Assembly: GCA_044376115.1 (NCBI GenBank)
Contig: JBILLK010000035.1
Coordinates: forward strand, 42,183 to 106,182
Length of the DNA: 64,000 nt
Direction of reading: 5' to 3'
Source: Polyangiaceae bacterium
GTDB taxonomy: Bacteria > Myxococcota_A > Polyangia > Polyangiales > Polyangiaceae
Part shown: piece after piece, positions 29,293 through 37,625 of the stretch
Layout of the letters: every line of letters starts with the position of its first letter
Position numbering within the stretch: the first letter of the stretch is position 1
The notes under the pieces: model-generated
The model's database searches: none
Told to the model about the DNA's origin: nothing
The model's input: only the letters and a program-made list of their open reading frames with translations
Program-made: the position numbers and the translations under genes

Positions 29293-30858
29293 TCAGACAG
29301 TTGGAGTGGCGTTGCGAGCCGGCATGCGCCAGGCCTCTGCGAGTAGGCGGGCGTTGTCGGTTGCTTTTGCTGAAGCAAGCGATGAGCCAAGCCAGATGGT
29401 GCGGTCCGACTTCACGGCGTGGAGCGAGGCCTTCTCCAAGCGAGCCCCGCTGAAGTCGGCGCGATCGAGCAGCGCGTGCGCCAGATCGGCGTACTGCAGG
29501 TCGGCTCGGGCGAAGCTGGCGGAGATCGCTGTAACCCGCGCACACAAGGCTTCGCGCAGGTTGGCTTCGGCGAAGGTGGCGGAGCTCAGATCGGCCTCGG
29601 TGAAGGTGGCGTGGCGGAGCTTGGCCGCGCGAAAGTCAGCGCCGCTGCAGACCGCTTTGCCGAAACAAGCGGCCTTGGCTTGCACGCCGCGCAGGTTCGC
29701 TCGCGTCAGCACCGCGCCCAGCAGATTGGCTTGCGCGAGCGTGGCCTCGCGAAAGTTCGCCCCGCTCAAGTTGGCGCCGGAGAGGTTCGCTCCGGTCAGG
29801 TCGGCGCCGGAGAAGTCGAGGCCCTCGAGTGAGAGCCCGATGAAGCCACAACGAACGCGGTGCGCGTTGCGGTGGTCGAACAAGAGCGCGGTGGTTTGAT
29901 CGAACATGACCTCCTCGAAGCCGAGGCCGCTCAGGTCGGCGTCGACGAAGCTCGCGCGCTCGATCCCGACCTTGCGAAGCAGCGCGCCGCGCAGGTTGGC
30001 GCCATCCAGCGTGGCGCCGCTCAAGCTCGAGAGCATCAAGGTGCAACCTTCGAGCCGCGCGCCGGTCAGGTCGGCGTCCTCGAGCAGCAAGAGCTGCAGC
30101 GTGCGGCCGGCGAAGTCCACGCCACGCAGCTTGGCGCCCAAGAAGCAGACGCCGAACAGCTTGGTGTCACGGAAGGACGCGTGCGAGACGTTGGCGTCCT
30201 GAAATACGGCGCCTTCGAGATCACAGCCGTCGAAGTTGGCGCCCTCGAGCTGCGCCCCGCGAAAGGAAGCTCGCTTGAGATCGGCCCCGCGGAAGTCGAG
30301 CCCGTTCAGCTTCGCCCCGTCGAAGTCGGAGCCCTCGAGCCCGGTATGCGCCAGGCCGGCCTGAGCGAAGATCGCTTCATCGAGCAGGCATTGCACGATC
30401 TTCTTGGGGCCGGCGGCCCAGCGCAAATCCGCGGCGTGCAGCAGCGATTCCTCGATCTCGGCGTCGGTCAGATCGGCGCCCACGAGCTTGGCCTTGGGCC
30501 AGGCGACTTCCTTGAGGAGCGCCGCTCGAAAGGAAGCGCCTGAGAGATCGGCGCCGGGCATCTTCACCTTGTTCAGCCGCGCGTGGTCCCAGCGCGTGGC
30601 CGTCCACAAACATTGCAGAGCGATCACGTTCTCGAGCTGGGCATCGGAGAAGTCGATGGCGCGCAGATCACAAGCGAACAGCTCGACGTTCGTAAGCTTC
30701 GCGCCCGCGAGCGAGGCGCCGGAGAGGTTGACCGCCTGCAGCTTGCAACCGGATAGGTCCGCGCCGCTGAGGTCCGCGCCGCTCAGGTCGAGATGATGCA
30801 GTGCGAGCCCACGTAGGCTCTCTCCGCGTCGTACCCGTTGTTCCAACTCCGATCTCAA
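29293..30858 (-). CDS. Pentapeptide repeat protein
   Basis: Continuous A(D/N)LxG pentapeptides. Confidence 0.9.
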   Translation of the reverse strand: MRSELEQRVRRGESLRGLALHHLDLSGADLSGADLSGCKLQAVNLSGASLAGAKLTNVELFACDLRAIDFSDAQLENVIALQCLWTATRWDHARLNKVKMPGADLSGASFRAALLKEVAWPKAKLVGADLTDAEIEESLLHAADLRWAAGPKKIVQCLLDEAIFAQAGLAHTGLEGSDFDGAKLNGLDFRGADLKRASFRGAQLEGANFDGCDLEGAVFQDANVSHASFRDTKLFGVCFLGAKLRGVDFAGRTLQLLLLEDADLTGARLEGCTLMLSSLSGATLDGANLRGALLRKVGIERASFVDADLSGLGFEEVMFDQTTALLFDHRNAHRVRCGFIGLSLEGLDFSGADLTGANLSGANLSGANFREATLAQANLLGAVLTRANLRGVQAKAACFGKAVCSGADFRAAKLRHATFTEADLSSATFAEANLREALCARVTAISASFARADLQYADLAHALLDRADFSGARLEKASLHAVKSDRTIWLGSSLASAKATDNARLLAEAWRMPARNATPTV

Positions 30859-33125
30859 ACTCCACCTCCGGTGAGGCGCTCGACATTGGCGCCGTCGAAC
30901 CGTACTGATTCACCTTTCATGCCATGCACCGCGGCGCCGAAGAGGTTGGCGTGGATGAAGGCGGTGCCGTGCACCGAGCAGCGGCGAAGATCCGCCTCGA
31001 ACAGGTTGGCGCGCTCGAAGCTGGCGCGATCCAAGCAAGCCCGTAAAAAGCGCGCCGCCCGCAAATCAGCGCCGAACAGCCGAGCTTGTTTGAGGTTGGC
31101 CCCGTCGAAGACCGCGCACGGCAATTCGGCGAAGGAGAAGTCGGTCTCGCTCAGCATCGCGCCGAGCCACACGCTGGCTTCTCCGTGCGCACCGACGAAG
31201 CTGGCTCCGCCGAGCTGGGCCTCGGAGAAGGCGGTCTTTTCGAGGCGGGCGTCCGAAAGGTTGGCGTGGCTGAGGCGGCTGCGAAAGAAGAAGCAACGCT
31301 CGAGATCGGCGCCGATCAGCGAGGCGCTGCTGAGGTCGGACTCTTGGAAGTCGACGGCTACGAAGCGGACCTTGGCCAGCGTGGCGCCTCGCAAAACCGC
31401 GCGGGTCAGCAGCGCTTGCTGGGCTTGCGCGCCGGTCAGATCGGCGAAGGAGAGGTTGGCCTCTTCCCAGGTCGAACGGTCGAAACGGATGCTCTTGAGC
31501 GAAGCGCTGACGAAGCTCGCGCCGGTTGCGTCCACCGTGGTGAGGGTCGCTCCGTCGAGGTTGGCCTCGGAGAAGTCGGCTAAACAGAGGCAGGCGCCGG
31601 TGAGATCGGCCCCAGCGAGGTTCGCGCCGATCAGCTTGGTCGCCTGCAGGTTGGCCTCGCGCAGGTTGACGCCGCGCAGATCGAACCCGGAGAGATTCCA
31701 GCCGGCCAGATCGCGGCCGCTCAGGTCGGCGAAGGGCACGAGTTCGGCCTTGTGTTCGTTGGCTTTGCCGATCAAGAGCTGCGCCTTGGCGAGCTCGCGC
31801 TTTGCGTTTTCGTCTTGGGTTTGACGTGCGGCTCGCTGGAAGGCCTGGGTGACCGGCAGCTTGGCGGCGGCGGGGATGGTGCCTGCCGGAGCTGCGCCTG
31901 CGGGCGACTGGTTCGACTTTTGTGCCTCGTTGATCAGCGCCCGCAAATCGACGCCTTGTTTGCCCCCAGCGAGTGCGCGGGCCAGCACATCGGCTACGGC
32001 GTCTCCGGCCTTACCACCGCCGAAGGTCTTGCTCAGATCGGCGGCCAGCGCTTCATCCTTCTTGCCGACCACTTCAGCGTCTTTTGCAACCTCGGCCAGC
32101 GCCTCGGCCAGTCCTGTCTCGAGTCCAACCGGATCGCGATCGAAGGCCTCGAGTTCGGCCAAGTGCGCGTTGCGATCCCCTGGCTCAGCGAGCGAAGCAC
32201 CCACCACTAGCAGGCTGCTCACATCCGACAGATCCTCCTCGCCGACTTCGCAATGTCCGCGCCAGGTCAGCGTGACGCGGCGTTGGTCCGACTCGACGAA
32301 CACCGTATCGAGCCGCAGCAATACCTCGCGCGCGCCGTGCTCGCGGCTCTTGACGTAGGCCCTCGGAAACAGGCCGGGCAGGCGCGTCGTGAGCGAGGCA
32401 TGCAGCGGATCCAGGTTGATCAGCTTGAGTTCGGCGTCGACGGCGAGCGCATCGAGTTGTTGATCCTGCGGCGCGGCTTGGAAGGCTCGAAAATCGAAGT
32501 CTGCGGCGAAGAAGGGCGCGCGCGTCTTTTGGTAGTCCTCGCCCCAGGCCTTGCCCCAGTGCTGTTGGCGCGCGGGCCAGTCGGGGTGCACCGCGCCGAA
32601 GTTCGCCGCGAATTGCGGCTCGTCTTGGCGACGTCGCGGAAACTCCGGGTGCTCGACGTTCGGGATGTCGGCGCCGATCGGGTTGTGCTCGGTGCGCGAA
32701 GCACGCGACCAATCGAGCGCTTGTTCGCTGAAGGGCAGCGGCTCAGAGAGCGTTCGTGAATCGAGCCAACGTCGTGTACCCACCACCCGCAGCCGCTTGC
32801 GCAGTGGCCCCACCGAAAGCTCCACGCCGCACTCGCGCAGCGGCAAGCCGTGCGGGGTATGACAGCTGCCGCTCAAAAGCACGTCCACCTTCGGCTTGAA
32901 CGGCGCGAAATCTCCCGGGTAGAGCAGGGCGTTTTCACGATCGTCGTCGACAAAGGACTCGGCTTTGAGCGGCCCTTGCGCAAGCAAATCCCCCACCAAT
33001 TCACATTGGCCGTTGGGCACGAGCGTGAAGGTTCCGCGTACCACCACCACCATTTCGGGCGTGGGCGGACGACGTGAGGTGACGATGGCGGCGGTAACGA
33101 AGGGAGACGTATTTCGGATTCGCAT
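30855..33125 (-). CDS. DUF2169 T6SS adaptor fused to pentapeptide repeats
   Basis: VVVRGTF, DFAPFKPKVDVLLSG, FQAAPQDQQ, LRLDTV, LTWRG; start MRIRNTSPF. Confidence 0.9.
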   Translation of the reverse strand: MRIRNTSPFVTAAIVTSRRPPTPEMVVVVRGTFTLVPNGQCELVGDLLAQGPLKAESFVDDDRENALLYPGDFAPFKPKVDVLLSGSCHTPHGLPLRECGVELSVGPLRKRLRVVGTRRWLDSRTLSEPLPFSEQALDWSRASRTEHNPIGADIPNVEHPEFPRRRQDEPQFAANFGAVHPDWPARQQHWGKAWGEDYQKTRAPFFAADFDFRAFQAAPQDQQLDALAVDAELKLINLDPLHASLTTRLPGLFPRAYVKSREHGAREVLLRLDTVFVESDQRRVTLTWRGHCEVGEEDLSDVSSLLVVGASLAEPGDRNAHLAELEAFDRDPVGLETGLAEALAEVAKDAEVVGKKDEALAADLSKTFGGGKAGDAVADVLARALAGGKQGVDLRALINEAQKSNQSPAGAAPAGTIPAAAKLPVTQAFQRAARQTQDENAKRELAKAQLLIGKANEHKAELVPFADLSGRDLAGWNLSGFDLRGVNLREANLQATKLIGANLAGADLTGACLCLADFSEANLDGATLTTVDATGASFVSASLKSIRFDRSTWEEANLSFADLTGAQAQQALLTRAVLRGATLAKVRFVAVDFQESDLSSASLIGADLERCFFFRSRLSHANLSDARLEKTAFSEAQLGGASFVGAHGEASVWLGAMLSETDFSFAELPCAVFDGANLKQARLFGADLRAARFLRACLDRASFERANLFEADLRRCSVHGTAFIHANLFGAAVHGMKGESVRFDGANVERLTGGGV

Positions 33126-33141
33126 GGGGATGAGAAAGGGA

Positions 33142-34401
33142 TCAGCCGAGGAAGATGGCGAGGGCGTGTTCTTTGATGAAGGCAGCAAGCGTCGTGCCGC
33201 CGCCGGGTTTGAATTCAGTTGCGTCGCAGGCTGAAATTTCGACCTTTCGTGAGAGGTTGATCTCGGTGGAGGCGCCAACGAAGAGCTGCATCGACTTGCC
33301 GATGAAGGCCTCGAGCGCCATCGGCGCGACCGAGACCTCGGTGGTGAAGCCGGCGATGCGCAGGCTCTCCATCGACCCGACGAACAACTCGGCGAAGTTG
33401 CCGTACCAATGCTCGTCGGCGGTGCCGAACGACTCATTCTGGATTGCAGTATGCGTGCCCACCCGACCGAGGGTGTTCTTGATGGTGCTGGCGAGAATGC
33501 GCGTGTCCACCGTGTCGGCGTGGGTGATCTCGAGCTTGGTGCCTTCGCTCGCCGTCTGCTCTGGGCCGAAGTCGCCTTCGTCTGCTGCCATGGTACCGAC
33601 GCGGACGTAGTTGGCCGAATTGCCGAGTACGCGTTGGTCGCTAGTTGAGGCAGCGGTAGTGGAGGTCGTGATGGTGGTCGCGTAGACGGTCTCGGAGATC
33701 GCCGGCTTGGTTTTGGCGGGTCGGGGCGCGGAGCCAGCCTCGAGCACGAGCTCGCCTTGGTCGGCCGAACCGACCACCTTGGTGATCTCCGGTCCGTAAA
33801 ATTCTTCGCGCATGCGGCCGTGGTAGATGTTGGTGACGTGGCCTTTTTCGGCCTCTTCGAGCACGGCCCAGGTGCCACCGAGATCGGCATCTTGCACCCA
33901 GCGCACCGAAGAAATGGCTCCCGGCGCGATGTCGCCGCTCTGAATCAAACCGCCCGAAGCGTCGAAGAAGGCCGCTTGTTCCGGATCATCCTGGTGGCCG
34001 AGCACCAGCAGCTTGTAGTTACCGCGGATGACCTCGACTTTATCGCCGCGGGTGGTGCTGATGCGGTTGCCGTCGGAGTGATCGCGCCAGCCGCAATCGG
34101 AGACGATCTTGGAGCTCGTGGCTTGTCGCGTCGCGAGCGGGATTCCATCCGGTTCGCCGGTGCGCTGGCGGGTGTCGTTGATGAAGAGGGGTGTCGAGCC
34201 ATCGGAGCTGCGAGCTTTCTCGAACAGGTCCGAGCCTTCCTCGACCGTTGGGTCGCTCGCTTGGGGGGTCGCGCCAAGGCGCAGGTAGGAGACGAGGCTC
34301 TCGCCCCCGTCGCGGTTCCCTTTGTAATCGGGAACCTTGAGCATCATGTACTTGTAGTCCGTGCCGACGTTTTCTTGCAGATACTCGATGTCTTCAGCCA
34401 T
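33142..34401 (-). CDS. Putative VgrG needle/spike-extension protein
   Basis: Directly after the short vgrG; SYLRLG, DHSDGNRISTTRGDKVEVIRGNY and short beta-strand repeats reminiscent of the gp5 C-terminal helix. Confidence 0.55.
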   Translation of the reverse strand: MAEDIEYLQENVGTDYKYMMLKVPDYKGNRDGGESLVSYLRLGATPQASDPTVEEGSDLFEKARSSDGSTPLFINDTRQRTGEPDGIPLATRQATSSKIVSDCGWRDHSDGNRISTTRGDKVEVIRGNYKLLVLGHQDDPEQAAFFDASGGLIQSGDIAPGAISSVRWVQDADLGGTWAVLEEAEKGHVTNIYHGRMREEFYGPEITKVVGSADQGELVLEAGSAPRPAKTKPAISETVYATTITTSTTAASTSDQRVLGNSANYVRVGTMAADEGDFGPEQTASEGTKLEITHADTVDTRILASTIKNTLGRVGTHTAIQNESFGTADEHWYGNFAELFVGSMESLRIAGFTTEVSVAPMALEAFIGKSMQLFVGASTEINLSRKVEISACDATEFKPGGGTTLAAFIKEHALAIFLG

Positions 34402-34425
34402 GGGATCCTTGGTTGGGGTGGGTGG

Positions 34426-35940
34426 TCAGATCGGAAGGGTTTTGTCGCGGAACTGCATGACGATGCCGCTTGCGGTGACGACCTCACTGACGCGAGCGCG
34501 TGAGGCGTTGACCGGAGACGGATTCACCGCGTTCGGCACAGCGCCGAGGATCACCGGGCGATCCGGATCTCCGTCGAGGAAGGCGACGATCACCTCGACA
34601 CCCGGTCGCAATGGAAAATGCGTGCCATAGCCTGCGCCGGCGTGAGCTTGCGCCATGCGGATCGGGCGCGACGGCTTCACACCGCTGTTGCTCGCGCCGT
34701 CGAAGTGAAAGCGCACCCAATAGCGGCCCTCCTCATCAATCTGCGCGGGCAAGAGCGGTGCTCCGGGGGCCGTGGGAACGGGCTCGACCTGGCCGGTGAG
34801 AAAGCCAAAAACCCGCGGTTTGGGCGTGATGCGCGCCGGTCGGAACACGACCGAGGCCAGTAGCGCGCGGAAGTCGTTGCGGTACGCACCCGGCTCGCTG
34901 CTGGAGAGCGCCGAAGGTCGCCGATAGTCGTGGTCCACCGAGAGCAGGCACAGATCGGTGGGAGCGCCACGCGAGAGCAACGGATGATCGGTCAGGGTGA
35001 ACCGTGCGCCAGCGCTCAGCGTATGAACGGCGCTCTTGCCGTCGAACAGGCTGCGTTTGGCGAGCTTCTCTTCGGCGCGGAGCTTGGCGATTTGCGCTGC
35101 ATGCTCCGGTGATTTGGCGTGGCTGCCGTAGTCGAGGGAGCCGCCGAAAAGGCCCTCTTCGATCTCGTGCACTGCGGCGATATCGGCGAGCGGGGTGCGG
35201 TAGTTGTAGTCGCGCACCGCGACCATGGTCGGCACAAGTTGCTGGCGACGCACGAAGGAGAAGACGGCGTCACTACCTTGCGGGTCGAAGCGCAACGGCG
35301 CGGCTTCTTGGAAGGCGCTGTTGGAGTCGCAAAAGACGATGGTGTCGGTTTGGCCGTGCTCGAAGAAGTAGGCGATGCCGGCGTCCTCGAGCAGCCGCTC
35401 GACGAAGGCGAGATCGGTCTCGCGGTATTGCACGACGAATTCGCGCTTTTCGTAGTCGCGGCTGAGGCGGAACTCGAAGTCGGTGGGCTCTTGCAGGCCG
35501 AACAGACCGAGCTTCTCTCGCACGATCTCCGGCACGCTCTTGCCGAGGTGGATCGTCTGCGTTTCGACCATCCGTAGCTTGGCCAACGTCGGCACGATGC
35601 GCAGCGAAAGCAGGCGCGGTTGGTCGCCGGCGAAGAGCTTGTTCTCGGTAGCCGCGGTGCCCACGCCGGGCTCGCCGTCGTCGATCAGCAGCCGCTCGCT
35701 CACAGCCTCGACGAAGCCGTGCACCACGCGGGTCTCCAGGCCGTTCTCGATGAAGCGTAGGGCAACCCGTGCGCCCTCCAGATCCTCGACCGTCGTTTCC
35801 ATCGAAGGCGCGACCAGGTCTGCGACGAACAAGAAGGTGCGAGAGACCTCCTCGTGTCCGTGAACCCGGGTCACGACCGCTCCGTCGAGCTTTGCGTCGT
35901 CACAGGAGAGCTGAAGTTCGAGATTGGTTGCCGATGACAT
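34426..35940 (-). CDS. vgrG: Type VI secretion spike protein VgrG (short form, ends after the gp5 OB fold)
   Basis: GHEEVSRTF, REFVVQYRETDLAFVERLLEDAGIAYFFEH, RDYNYR, IDEEGRYWVRF, HFPLRPGVEV..FLDGDPDRPVILG. Alternative start 35970. Confidence 0.95.
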   Translation of the reverse strand: MSSATNLELQLSCDDAKLDGAVVTRVHGHEEVSRTFLFVADLVAPSMETTVEDLEGARVALRFIENGLETRVVHGFVEAVSERLLIDDGEPGVGTAATENKLFAGDQPRLLSLRIVPTLAKLRMVETQTIHLGKSVPEIVREKLGLFGLQEPTDFEFRLSRDYEKREFVVQYRETDLAFVERLLEDAGIAYFFEHGQTDTIVFCDSNSAFQEAAPLRFDPQGSDAVFSFVRRQQLVPTMVAVRDYNYRTPLADIAAVHEIEEGLFGGSLDYGSHAKSPEHAAQIAKLRAEEKLAKRSLFDGKSAVHTLSAGARFTLTDHPLLSRGAPTDLCLLSVDHDYRRPSALSSSEPGAYRNDFRALLASVVFRPARITPKPRVFGFLTGQVEPVPTAPGAPLLPAQIDEEGRYWVRFHFDGASNSGVKPSRPIRMAQAHAGAGYGTHFPLRPGVEVIVAFLDGDPDRPVILGAVPNAVNPSPVNASRARVSEVVTASGIVMQFRDKTLPI

Positions 35941-35970
35941 GCTTTGCGAATGACCTCCGTCCTCGCTCAT

Positions 35971-35986
35971 TGCAGCCGGCGTGCCT
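35971..35986 (-). promoter_or_regulatory. Putative sigma54 (-24/-12) promoter of the vgrG operon
   Basis: Minus strand AGGCACGCCGGCTGCA = GG-N10-GC; GGAGG and ATG 35940 lie downstream. Confidence 0.6.
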
Positions 35987-36040
35987 CGCTCCGGGGCCCT
36001 CGCTTGCGGCCGCTTAGGGCCGCAGATCGAGGGTGCATCA

Positions 36041-36080
36041 GGGTGTATCAGGTGTATCGGCGGATACAGCTGATACACCC
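36041..36080. promoter_or_regulatory. TGTATC-box palindrome, copy 1 (candidate enhancer/UAS)
   Basis: GGGTGTATCAGGTGTATC-GGCG-GATACAGCTGATACACCC; contains TGT-N10-ACA. Confidence 0.65.
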
Positions 36081-36098
36081 CAGCCTTCTGTTCTGCGC

Positions 36099-36132
36099 GG
36101 GCTCGGTCACGGGCTCGGTCACGGGCTCGGTC
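36099..36132. repeat. 12-bp tandem repeat (GGGCTCGGTCAC, ~2.8 copies)
   Basis: Seen directly. Confidence 0.8.
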
Positions 36133-36251
36133 TCGAGGATGGGCGGTCGAAGTGGACGTTTTGTTGAGAACGACGCTCGATCGCCCTGGGATGGGCGGCC
36201 GAATTCAACAAAACGCCCAAATCGAAGGCCGATCCACCGAGGGGCCAGCGG

Positions 36252-36408
36252 TCTGTACGCAAGGAAAATCGGTCTGTACCCCCCCGGGAACCGTTCTGTA
36301 CCCCCCCGGGAACCGTTCTGTACCCCGGGGGGAAGCCGTCTGTACCCCCGGGAACCCGTTCTGTACCCCCCTTTTTCGGCTCTGTACGGGGGGGTTCGCA
36401 GTCTGTAC
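36252..36408. repeat. Phased array: 8 x TCTGTAC with 14-15 bp variable spacers
   Basis: Cores at 36252, 36273, 36295, 36317, 36339, 36360, 36381, 36402. Confidence 0.9.
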
Positions 36409-36412
36409 GCGT

Positions 36413-36679
36413 TCAGACAGGGGTGGGAGTGGGAGGAGGGGTGACCTTCTTGTTGCGTTGACGGCGGCGGCGGAGGTAGGCGCTGGAGAACTTGCTTTGG
36501 GTAGCGGCGTCGTCTTCGTAGGCGTAGCGGCCAGCGGCGCGCAGGTTGGCGAGGACGTCGTCGAGGTGGGAGTACGCGCGGTCGCGCAGGTCTTTGGCCG
36601 CCGCTTGATCGCTGGTGACGGTGGCGGCGCTCACGGCCAAGCGCAACTCGCTGGCGAGACTGCTCGCGGTGGCTCCGAT
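36413..36679 (-). pseudogene. C-terminal remnant of a helical hypothetical protein
   Basis: GC3-biased frame ...AAKDLRDRAYSHLDDVLANLRAAGRYAY...SAYLRRRRQR; in-frame TAG at 36680-36682 and no convincing start or RBS. Confidence 0.55.
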
Positions 36680-36760
36680 CTATCCGGTTTCTGGTGGCAC
36701 CGAAAATCGGATCAAGTCCACGGATGCAAGGCGGGACATGAAAGTGAAAGAGCAGATGCC

Positions 36761-37054
36761 ATGAGCGCGCTGAGAATTACGATTGCGCTGAGCTTGCTCG
36801 CCAGCTGCTCCAACGTTGAGGTGGATTGCCGTAGCCTGTCGAAGGAGGGCTGCTGGGATCAGACCGAAGAGTGCCGACGGAGTGGGCCGGCGTGGGGCTG
36901 TCTTGAGCTTTGCTCAGGGCAATCCGATTGCGAAGAGGGCTTCGTGTGCACAAGCACTGGATACGCGACGGAGTTGGATGGGCCCGAAGAAGCCAACGCC
37001 TTTGCGGATCTATGCCGAGATGACGCGTGGGTGGAGGAGTCCTCCTCCCAGTAG
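36761..37054 (+). CDS. Small Cys-rich lipoprotein
   Basis: MSALRITIALSLLASC lipobox plus eight further Cys in 97 aa. Confidence 0.65.
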   Translation: MSALRITIALSLLASCSNVEVDCRSLSKEGCWDQTEECRRSGPAWGCLELCSGQSDCEEGFVCTSTGYATELDGPEEANAFADLCRDDAWVEESSSQ

Positions 37055-37140
37055 CGACGGCGGTGATGAAGCGCAGCGGGCAGCAGTTCGCTGCGCGTTG
37101 TCGCGATCGGAACCCATCGACTGTTACTCGCTCGAAGGAA

Positions 37141-37360
37141 GTCCCATAACGCTAGGTCGTCGGGAACGACGAGCGGATATGGGACGCTTGGCCGCCGCGG
37201 GGGTGGCGAGTTCTGCACACGTACCGCGGATAAGGGCGTTGTTAGCGGGTTTTCGCGCTGTGTCGGCGGGCGCAGCGGGCGGAGACCGCAGTCCTTGTCC
37301 CATAACGCTCGGTCGTCGGGAACGACGAGGGGATATGGGACGCTTGGTCGCCGCGGGGTG
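37141..37360. repeat. Two ~64-bp direct repeats, each a GTCCCATA...TATGGGAC hairpin (REP-like)
   Basis: Copies at 37141-37204 and 37297-37360; inner GTCG..CGAC stem. Confidence 0.8.
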
Positions 37361-37423
37361 CATCCGGCCGCGGGGATGGCACTTGGCTCGCGTGTGACGA
37401 CTTCCGTTCTCGTCTTTCTCCCG

Positions 37424-37528
37424 CGTGAACGTGAACGTGCCCGATTCTCTGATTCCGCAGGGGTGGGAATCGGTGGAGAGAGGGAGAAGAAGAGCGGGCA
37501 CGTTCACGGGCACGGTCACGGGCACGGA
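37424..37528. repeat. Hexamer-repeat inverted pair (CGTGAACGTGAACGTGCCC ... GGGCACGTTCACGGGCACGGTCACG)
   Basis: Left arm 37424-37442 pairs with 37496-37508; internal GATTCC/GGAATC stem. Confidence 0.75.
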
Positions 37529-37577
37529 GAGAGCGAGAGGCAGAGCGGGTAGCGGCACCCCCTTCGGCCCCGCTCGC

Positions 37578-37613
37578 GTGTATCAGGTGTATCTCTGGGT
37601 ACACCTGATACAC
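37578..37613. promoter_or_regulatory. TGTATC-box palindrome, copy 2
   Basis: GTGTATCAGGTGTATC-TCTG-GGTACACCTGATACAC, 12 bp before the kinase ATG. Confidence 0.65.
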
Positions 37614-37625
37614 CTGCTTGGAGAC

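Noticed and set aside
29293..31760. DGR-like template/variable repeats among similar DNA segments
   Set aside because: Similarity is explained by pentapeptide coding; no reverse transcriptase gene and no adenine-specific differences.
33126..33890. N-terminal extension of the 1011-aa ORF 30855-33890
   Set aside because: Overlaps the 33142-34401 gene in another frame; DUF2169 similarity begins at MRIRNTSPF (33125).
36252..36408. CRISPR array interpretation of the TCTGTAC repeats
   Set aside because: The repeat is only 7 bp, spacers are 14-15 bp and partly identical, and there are no cas genes in the window.
36152..36760. 300-aa ORF 36152-37054 reading through the array (VCT/LYP repeats)
   Set aside because: Mixed 21/22-bp period breaks any peptide repeat; only the part from ATG 36761 has a signal peptide and looks coding.
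37141..37360. Integron attC sites or a cassette array
   Set aside because: Right ends read GATATGG rather than GTTRRRY, no ORF lies between the copies, and no integrase is present.
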